From NCBI GenBank assembly GCA_032718475.1, contig JAUCBJ010008252.1:1-51527 (forward strand): a stretch of 51,527 nt of DNA, written 5' to 3'. Both the position numbers and the translations under genes were made by a program. The stretch comes from Nemertoderma westbladi. Its lineage: Eukaryota > Animalia > Xenacoelomorpha. Positions 11,701 to 19,984 of the stretch are shown piece after piece (position 1 is the first letter of the stretch; each line of letters starts with the position of its first letter). A model generated the notes under the pieces. The model was not told the DNA's origin and made no database searches. It saw nothing but the letters and a program-made list of their open reading frames with translations.

Positions 11701-11828
11701 ACATTAAACATGACTTGAATCTTTACTCTGTGTAGCAAAATAAGTGGCAAACTTTTGGAAGGAATCAAAAAGTCAATCTTGGTCGTTGAATTAAATTGGC
11801 CTGTGCCTTCCCGCGAAGTAGCCATCAT
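8784..11828 (-). CDS. ZC3H12: ZC3H12/Regnase-family NYN (PIN) endoribonuclease with a CCCH zinc finger and an N4BP1/KHNYN-like N-terminal region, single exon
   Basis: 1014-aa ORF. NYN motifs [41 protein letters not shown] and [24 protein letters not shown] are present with the catalytic Asp positions intact. CCCH finger [17 protein letters not shown] (Cx5Cx5Cx3H as in Regnase-1). C-terminal FP...[18 protein letters not shown] helical domain. Confidence 0.92.
   Translation of the reverse strand: [1014 protein letters not shown]
9862..10185 (-). repeat. Coding 33-bp tandem repeat encoding (TALDTQ[S/L]RPFV)n, ~9 copies
   Basis: Unit ttgggtgtccaaagcagtgacaaaggggcgcaa on the + strand, in frame within the RNase ORF. 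Confidence 0.93.
10199..10955 (-). repeat. Coding 39-bp tandem repeat encoding (TAMD[S/T]QSRPRVTD)n, ~19-20 copies
   Basis: Unit gattgagagtccatggcagtgtcagtgactctagggcgg on the + strand, in frame within the RNase ORF. Confidence 0.95.
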
Positions 11829-11850
11829 AATAAATACTATTATTAATCAA

Positions 11851-12838
11851 TAGGCCTACCGGTACTATTATTATAGCTGTATAGTACCGTATAAGTAGAC
11901 TACCAGACCAGTATCATAAGCGTCTATAATTATCTATAGGCCTAAGTTTAACTGTTTAATGCACCAAATGGCGCCATCCAGCAGATAGATCAGAAAAAAT
12001 GGGTTACATTCGTTTCTGCCCCGTAAAGTGGTGTTAGGGCTTTCAAAAAATATTGCAGAGTAGAAATCATAGGCCTACCTATATTTTGTAAATACTGAAA
12101 TAGGCCTATCCTGATCGGGAATATTGTGGCAGGCTAAATCATGAGACAAGATATGATTGTATTTTTTGTATAAATGTAGGCCTATACGTGTACCATTGCC
12201 ATTACACTGGATTACCGATAGGAGGGCAGAGGGTGTGTGTGTCACTAGGGCCTACTTACTGACTTACTACAAGGACGTTTGTCTGATCGCTTCTAAAAGT
12301 CCAAATAACCTGACCTGATAACAGAATAGGGCCTACCCTACAGGAATAACCTGCCAGACCAGCGGCTATTATACAGTTATAAGCATTATAAAATCCGGTA
12401 GCCCTAACTGCCTAACGGATAAATGGCTTTGGCGGTTTGGAAGCGAATTGGATCAACAACTACATTTCCGTATTCAGGCTTTCCGTATATCAGTATATTG
12501 CGTTACAAAATGATGGGTTGACGCTTGAAGGGTACCGGTAGTCTGGTAGTCTGTGAACTGTCACAACATAATTATCATTAATATGTGTCGGTACTGCAAA
12601 CTAAACAAGAACAACATCCTTGCCACTCCCGGATTTCATAATACCAACTGTAATACTGTAATACATCAGTACATGAATCTGTGAATACTGCAGCACTGTG
12701 TTAACAACTGTTATCAGTTCGGTAGACGATAGGCCTACTGCAGTACTGCAGTACGCTACAGAATTATGTAATTTCCTTAGATACGGCTATCAGCTGATAT
12801 TACTTTGATTAGGCCTATTTCGAATTAAGTAGGGCCTA
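11851..12838. promoter_or_regulatory. Putative promoter region of the RNase gene, with a cluster of TAGGCCTA palindromes
   Basis: Seven exact TAGGCCTA and three TAGGGCCTA sites in ~1 kb immediately upstream of the ATG. A YY1-like aaatggcg motif lies at ~11966. Function is inferred only. Confidence 0.4.
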
Positions 12839-13210
12839 ATCCTTTGAAGCCCTTGACTGTTGGTAGACTATCTGGGACTGTTTTCTGACTGTTGCCGTTG
12901 GTGAGTTTTTCTGACTGTTGGTAAGTCTTTTTGACTGTTGTCCCCAATACAATAGTTAATTGTCCATAATTAGACCTGTCCTAAACGAATATATAACTCA
13001 AATATTGAACACGAAAGAACAACAGAGCGACAGAACGACAGGTTAACCACTACGCTAAGGCTCACCTTACGTCGTGGCTCGCCCTACAGTCATTATTATG
13101 ATATCGGGGATCAGAAACAACTATAGTCGCACAGAAAACAGGTCAGAAGTGGGCAGTACATACATGGATTTGATTCAGGTCGGTCATTAGCTATCGATTT
13201 TTGGAACCTA

Positions 13211-13633
13211 GGGGCCGTCCAAGTATGACGTCAGCCATGACCTACTATAACTATGTTATAGTAGGTCATGCATCAGCACTTTAGGGGGGGGGGGGGGTTG
13301 GGAAAATCTGATGACGTGCTGATGAGGGGAGGGGAGGGGGGTCAGCCAAAATCTGACGTCAGCATGTTCATTTATAGGTGCTAGAAGAGATATAGCAGAA
13401 GAGTACTGTAAATAGCTTGCCTATTTTAATTGTTCGAAGCCCCCGAAGGCCCGTAGCACGACCTTCTGTTTCAGTTACCAGTCACCATCTTTCAGTGATT
13501 AGGACGCAAAATTTTTTTTAATCTGATTTAGGGGAGGGGGGTGGGTCAACACCTATCTGATGACATCTGATTTAGGGGAGGGAGGGGGTCAACATTTTGG
13601 GGAAAAGTGCAGACGTCATACTTGGACGGCCCC
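13211..13633. mobile_element. PIF/Harbinger-like MITE (~423 bp)
   Basis: TIRs ggggccgtccaagtatgacgtc(a/t)gc at both ends and a 3-bp direct repeat CTA on both flanks (13208-13210, 13634-13636). Internal G-run/ctgatgac subrepeats. Confidence 0.85.
13236..13270. mobile_element. 35-bp perfect hairpin insertion (minimal TIR element or transposon remnant)
   Basis: catgacctactataac-tat-gttatagtaggtcatg has perfect 16-bp arms and is flanked by the near-direct repeat cgtcagc/catcagc. Confidence 0.65.
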
Positions 13634-13915
13634 CTACATTAAATTCTGTTCTAGATGGGTAAATTTTGAAAATGAAAAAAGAAAAAAAGCCTTGAAAAAT
13701 TTCAACAGAAAAATGGGTATCACTTTTATTTGATTAAGATTCAGTTTCATTCATTTTTGGAATCTACGTCAAATTTTGCATCAGGTGAGAAGTTTTATGA
13801 AAAATTCAGCAATTTCAATTTTTTGGTGTGCAACCACCTTAATTTTCTTCCTACTACTTCTACAATCGGCATGAGGCATTGAAGCTTTATTATATATATA
13901 TTACATATTATACAG

Positions 13916-15321
13916 TAGGGCGGTGCGTTTTTTACTTTTTTTCGATTTCATTGTTCTACCGGTGCACAAAAGTTGCCAAATGGTAAAAAAATAAGGCAAA
14001 AAAAAATTCTTTTAATTTCGTCTATGTCTTCACGGATCCCAAGAGGGTTGAAATTTTGTGCCATCGCGATGCACCATAATGAAATATGATGACATAATGA
14101 CATTGATGAAAGATCAATGACTCAAAAAAGAACTCCCTGCGTGCATCAAATGTCATCAAATGGGTCCAAACTTAGTTAGATACCAAAATTTTAATTTTTG
14201 GATCAAGGGAAGTTGTGCCACAGACACATGACCAGAACCTACTCTTTGGCGCAAGTGATGATTATTCTCAATTTTGGTGATGGACAACTTTTAGTTCTCC
14301 TACGTCATTAATATTATGCTCATTAGAACCGCAATGACCGACTTAGTGGGGGTAGACACCATCAAAACAAGCATAGAGCGAATAGTTATTGAGATATTAC
14401 AGAAAATGTTAAGTACGGCACATGTCAACATTACTGCCTTGATGATTTATAGACAAATACACAAAAATGTTACTTCTAATTATCTTAAGGCATCAAAAAT
14501 ATACACATCACTGCAACAAATTGATTTAGTGTATACAGAGACCTTCAAAATTAAAGAGTAGTACATAATTCACTGTAGTTTTTGTACAAAATGTGTGGAA
14601 TGGGTCAACTCAATATCATGTAGTAATTGGTGGACATAGTCTTGACATTTTGTAAAATAACTCAAAAACTAATGACTCTACTCTTATTTTGAAGGTGTCT
14701 TCACCCACTAAATCGATCATTTCTGTGATGTGTCTATTTTTTGATTCCTTGAGATAATTCAAAATATCATTTATTGTGTATTTGTCCAATCACATCAAGG
14801 CGGTAATGTAGACTTGTGCCGGACTTTACATTTTCTGCGATATCTCAAAAACTATTCGCTCTACGTTTGTTTTGAAGGTGTCTACCCCCACTAAATCGGC
14901 CATTGCGGTTCTAATGAGCATAATATGAATGCAGTAGGAGAACTCAAAGTTGGCCATCGCGAAAATTGAGAAAAATCATCACTTGCGCCAAATGGTAGGT
15001 TCTGGCCATGTGCCTGTGGCACTAGTTCCCTTGATCCAAAAGTTAAAATTTTGGTATCTAACTAAGTTTGGACCCATTTGATGACATTTGATGCATGCAG
15101 GAAGTTCTTTTTTGAGTGATTGATCTTTCATCAATGTGTTATATTGTTATACATTTCATTATGTTGCATCGCAATGGCACAAAATTTCAACCCTCTTGGG
15201 ATCCGTGAAGATATAGATGAAATTTAAAGAAATGTTTTTTGCATTATTTTTTTACCATTTGCAACTTTTGTGCACCGGTAGAACAATGAAATCGAAAAAA
15301 AGTAAAAAACGCACCGCCCTA
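13916..15321. mobile_element. hAT-like non-autonomous foldback element (1.4 kb, nearly fully palindromic)
   Basis: Termini tagggcggtgcgttttttac.../...gtaaaaaacgcaccgcccta, with inverted homology extending over 500 bp. Perfect 8-bp TSD ttatacag (13908-13915, 15322-15329). Confidence 0.92.
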
Positions 15322-15334
15322 TTATACAGTATAT

Positions 15335-15890
15335 TAAGAATGTGCCGGCTTGTCGACAAAATTGCGCCACCACAACTCCCTATCACCCATGACATTTGCT
15401 AGTTCATCCGCATCTTCAAGGCCAGTGTCCTTTAAGATGCGTCTCAAGAAAGTCATGGGCTGTCCACCATGCTTATCCACTCCATGAGGCTGCCAAAGTA
15501 CAAGATTATGCACTGGCTGGTCCTCACGGCTAAATCAATGTCCTACAAAGCGGAGGCGGCTTTGTTCTAGTGTCAAGCTTGTGGGAACTAATGAGACACC
15601 TACAATGTTTTATAGAGTCTGATTGGAGATGTGTTCACTGCACATGACACAATGAACCCGGCGCAGCATTCTTGTAAAAGTGCCTCCAGAGATTTGGTAT
15701 CCTCTGCAGTTAGAGACCAGCAGGGACTCCCATATTGCAGTTAGAGCCCATCATGGTCTCCCATATTAAGAGTACTGGAACTACTACAGCCATAAATAAT
15801 CGAACCTTGAGGTTCCGTTAAATTATATGGGACTTCCAAATCCTTGGCAGATTATTCAATACTGCTCATGCCTTCCACTTTGACTTATGT
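15335..15890 (-). mobile_element. RTE-like LINE 3' fragment
   Basis: High nucleotide similarity to 16600-17150, which encodes RLRFAGHCFR and LYGSPCWALT. Decayed. Confidence 0.8.
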
Positions 15891-16285
15891 ATCCGAAGGT
15901 TTTCACCTTCCTTCCCCCTATCCAACATTGACAAATATAACATATTTAATTTCTTAGCAAAATGATCTCGTACAAAATGACCCTATGTGAGTATTCCTGT
16001 ACTGTTAGGGAAAGTACTCAGAATCTCCAACTTCTGGTAAGGTTGTCTATGATGAATGCGCTCCGGGAAAGGGAATACCAGGATGCTTCACATAGGCCGT
16101 GACAAGGGTACGTTCTCACTTACTAAATAGAAAAGTCATAGTCGTATATAGTCTGAAAAGTCTAGTTTTATACGCATTGATTTTCGATCCAGTACCGGTA
16201 TATAAGATATTATATAGTATCCTGTAAACACCACCTAAAATTTTAGCACAATATTTTAATTTAATTTCTATCGAACTATCATGTT

Positions 16286-16561
16286 CTAGTTGATTTGTTT
16301 GTTACCGCTTCTTATCACAACGGATTTAATCTCGCAGAATTGTTTGAGTCCATCTTCACCGGCCTCCCTCCCGATCCCAGACTGTTTGTATCCGCCGAAA
16401 GGAAGCCCGAAACCGGGGGACCCCATGTATTCGTTGACCCAGACGGTCCCCGCACGGAGACCGTTGCTAACTGCTATCGCCACGTCAATGTTCTTCGTGT
16501 AAACCCCCGCTCCCAGCCCGTACGAAGTTGCGTTGCCTCTCTCGATCGCTTCTTCAACGGT
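16286..16561 (-). CDS. ALDH2: ALDH1A/ALDH2-family aldehyde dehydrogenase, last exon
   Basis: AG acceptor at 16563-16562. Encodes TVEEAIERGNATSYGLGAGVYT...AGTVWVN...PFGGYKQSGIGRE...IN*. 276 nt, phase 0. Orthology within ALDH1/2 is not resolved. Confidence 0.93.
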   Translation of the reverse strand, partial: TVEEAIERGNATSYGLGAGVYTKNIDVAIAVSNGLRAGTVWVNEYMGSPGFGLPFGGYKQSGIGREAGEDGLKQFCEIKSVVIRSGNKQIN

Positions 16562-16599
16562 CTGAAAATATGGAAATATAAAATATATTTAATGTTTGA

Positions 16600-18425
16600 T
16601 TAAGAATGATGTGCGGGATTGTCGATAAAATTGCGCCACCAAAACTCACTATCACCCATGTAATATGATAGAACAACCGTATCTGCTAGGCCAGTGTCCT
16701 TTAAGAGGCTTCGCAAGAAAGTCATGGGCTGTCCACCATGCGCATTCACTTCATGAGGTATCCAAAACACAAGATTATGCACTGGCTGGTCGTCACGGCG
16801 AAAGCAATGTCCTGCAAAGCGGAGGCGGTTCCGTTCAAGTATCAAGCTAGTGGAGACTATGAAACACCTCCAAGATTGTATACGGTCTGATTGGAGATGT
16901 GTTCACTGCACATGACACAATGAACCCGGCGCAGCATTCTTGTAAAAGTGCCTCCAGAGATTTGGTATCCTCTGCAGTTAGAGACCAGCAGGGACTCCCA
17001 TATTGCAGTTAGAGCCCAGCATGGACTCCCATATAAGAATACTGGGACTACTACAGCCATAAATAATCGAACATTAAGGTTTCGTTATATTCTATGGGAC
17101 TTCCAAATCCTGGACACACTATTCAATGTTGCCAATGCCTTCATACCTGACTTTCGGATCCATGATCCCAGGTACAGTAGCAGAAATCATTCACATGCTC
17201 AAGACTTCAAAGTTCACTGTATAAATTCGGTTTTTAGGTATACTAAAAGACCCAACACTATAGAAGCGGTCTGCTCTAATGAGCAATGTGCCAGTAGATG
17301 GTGTTACCATCACCACATGTTTACTAAGAGTGCATAAGGACATCACCCAGGTTGTAGATAATCCTACAGTGATCTGATAGCTGCAAATTCCACAATAATC
17401 CCATATGCTGCAAGAATGCTGAACATACATATTCGGGAGACTGAATCGATGTCTGTCTTTCTTTATTGATAACTCTTCAATTATCTAATTACCATTCAAA
17501 CTCTAAGTGCCAAAATGGGCTCCATGGTACCACGACCTTTACGGAACCCATTCTGATTTCCACGGAGCAGTCTCTCAATGGGATCCCTGATGCGATTTAA
17601 TAGAATTCTATTGTATGGCTTTGCAGCAATCAAGATTAACGAAATTCCACGAAAAGATACGTAGATTATTACGTAGCTTCTTTGTGGCTAACTTATTTGT
17701 TTTTATTTTTTGAGTGACTCTCTTTGTCATATAAAGTTCCAAAATAATGGGGTCAATGAGCACCAAAGGGGGCACGCCATCAACTACTCTGATGGCACTG
17801 GCACGATTGGTCTTGATGCTCCTTGCTGCGGTCTTGATTTCAGCAAAGGAGATGTTTGATTGATTGATAGATTTAATTACCATAAATTTAAAAGTACAAC
17901 GGATAAAAATAGTTTCGGGTTAAACGCACGACATTTACAATTTAGGCAATGGGATAGCTTCTTGAGGCAAAGACTCGTATTCAAAAAGCCCCCCCCCCCC
18001 CCCCCCCCCCCTCCATATAAAGTGAAGTAAAAAGAAATTAAGAGTTAAAGTGTTCCATGTTATTAATTATAATCTAAAATAAATATGTCAGGATAAAAAT
18101 TGTCCGCGTTCCTTTATCAGTGAGGCCGTCGAAGAGGCTCTTTTTCAGATTGTGTTTAAAGGCCTCGATGTCGGTGAATTAACGACGTTGCGGGGCAGGC
18201 TGTTCCAGTGACATGTCACCTATAAGGATATCTATCAGCACAGACTCAGACACACTATGTACCTCAAAGTTTTCAGACAATACCATGTCATTGTTTAGAA
18301 GCTTCTCAAAGTGGTCCTTCCAACCTTCGAGCCGAACGGCAGCTGATTCAGCCTTAACCTTGGTCATTGGTTAGGTTTCCTCCCAGTGAGCAGGTTTTAT
18401 TGATTTCCATGCCTGGACTGATTGC
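16600..18425 (-). mobile_element. Decayed RTE-like LINE (RT domain) in the last ALDH intron, interrupted by another insertion at ~17860-18207
   Basis: Minus-strand peptides WKDHFEKLLN, FAEIKTAARSIKTNRA, LLRGNQNGFRKGRGT (17530-17575), LYGSPCWALT and RLRFAGHCFR. Multiple frameshifts and deletions. Confidence 0.85.
18000..18207 (-). mobile_element. Short 5'-truncated CR1/L2-type LINE 3' end nested in the RTE-like element
   Basis: Minus strand reads WNSLPRNVVNSP (the conserved C-terminal WNxLP motif), followed by AT-rich UTR-like sequence. Confidence 0.55.
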
Positions 18426-18623
18426 CTGCTAAGCCTTGTACTGCCTATAACGGACCTAGATGTACCCTTAACTGCATCCGTGGCTCATGTGCCCGAGTCT
18501 GCGGGACTCATTGTGCGCCTTAGAGGTCATTTCGGTCAATATAGAAGATATATTATGTTGATATCGATAAGAGATAATAAAACCAAATAATAATAATTTA
18601 AAGTATAATAGAAGTCCCATCAC

Positions 18624-18866
18624 CTTAAACTTCAATATGCTCTGAACTGGGCCGAATATTTCCTCCTTAGCTATTCTCATGTTATCAGAAACATCCGAGA
18701 ATACAGTTGGTTGTACGAAGTATCCCTTATCACCATGGCGACCCCCGCCGCACTGCAACGTGGCCCCTTCCTCCTTACCGCTGTCTATAAGCTCAAGGAT
18801 TTTATTGAATTGTTCCTCGTCTATCTGCGGTCCGTGGTCCGTACCGGCGTCCCCACCGTGTCCAAC
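18624..18866 (-). CDS. ALDH2: ALDH exon
   Basis: cag|[41 protein letters not shown]...[16 protein letters not shown]|gtgatg. 243 nt, phase 0/0. Confidence 0.93.
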
Positions 18867-19889
18867 CTGCAACGGAATACGTACAAGTAAGATATTTATA
18901 TTTACGGCGACAAAAACACAATGCTTAATTTGGTGCCCATTTGACGCCCAAAAATTAAATGAAAAATGTATATTTAAAATTTTGCGCGGCGACGAAAATC
19001 TAACAGGCCAAATATAAATTGAGTAAATCGGAAAATATTTTTGAATTTCCAATTAACAACCATATTAAATTGATAATACCGGCATTAACGGTATTATCGC
19101 AGTGAAGTTAATAAATTAAAACTATAAATAATTATAAATTGAAAGATTTGACCCGCCGATTTTAAAAATTGGCTTCCCGCTCTTACTTAAACCCGCCATT
19201 TCGACCGTTTCCTCGTGTTTTTACAAAAAACACACCCCGCCACTCGATTCAGGGCACCTCCTTACCCCTTATTCGATTGTTTCTAGCCCAACAATTTTTT
19301 CGCGCACCAACCCTATTGGCAATTTCTGGCTCCACCCACATTCATGTTTCAACTAGATTTTTGAAGCAGTGAGTTAACAACCTAATATAATATATTAGCT
19401 TGTTAACTATATTAGGATGTAGGATGTAGGGATGGATTGCACATTGTAACATTGAATATTATTCAATGTTACAATGTGCAATCCATCCCTACATCCTGTT
19501 CAGTTCATTACAAAACTCGTGAATTCTTTACTGAAATGTATCATGCCTTCTCAACTCATTCCGTCAAAACGTTTTGTATTAACTACAGTATACTTATGGT
19601 CTCGGGGTGCATGTTATACAAGGTAACGTAATTCATTGTTACCCGATTGCAAATAAATTCAATTCAATAAAAAAAAACCGCCATTACCTTGAAGCAACGA
19701 ATATATTACGACCTGGACTCTAGTTCAAGTTTATTGTTTTGGTTATAAGTAATACTGACACTGTATCCTTCTCTATCTCTTATTGATAATTTAAAATTAC
19801 CAAAAATAAGGGCTCGATGCACTTTAGATCTAACGGGACAAAACCAAGTCTACGCCAGATTAAACCGCAGCGGGTGCCAATATCTCACC

Positions 19890-19984
19890 TTAAACAAATA
19901 TATACTCTACAATGGATTTGACACAAGATAAATAAATTAACTCTACAATGCATTTGATACAAGATAAATTAGTTAACTCTACAA
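19890..19984. repeat. Terminal copies of the 36-bp satellite, separated from the main array by a LINE insertion
   Basis: tctacaatgcatttgatacaagataaattagttaac units, the same family as 22741-29575. Confidence 0.9.

Noticed and set aside
13305-13570. CTGATGA motifs as hammerhead ribozyme or C/D-box snoRNA cores
   Set aside because: I found no matching GAAA core with supporting stems. They are subterminal repeats of the Harbinger-like MITE.
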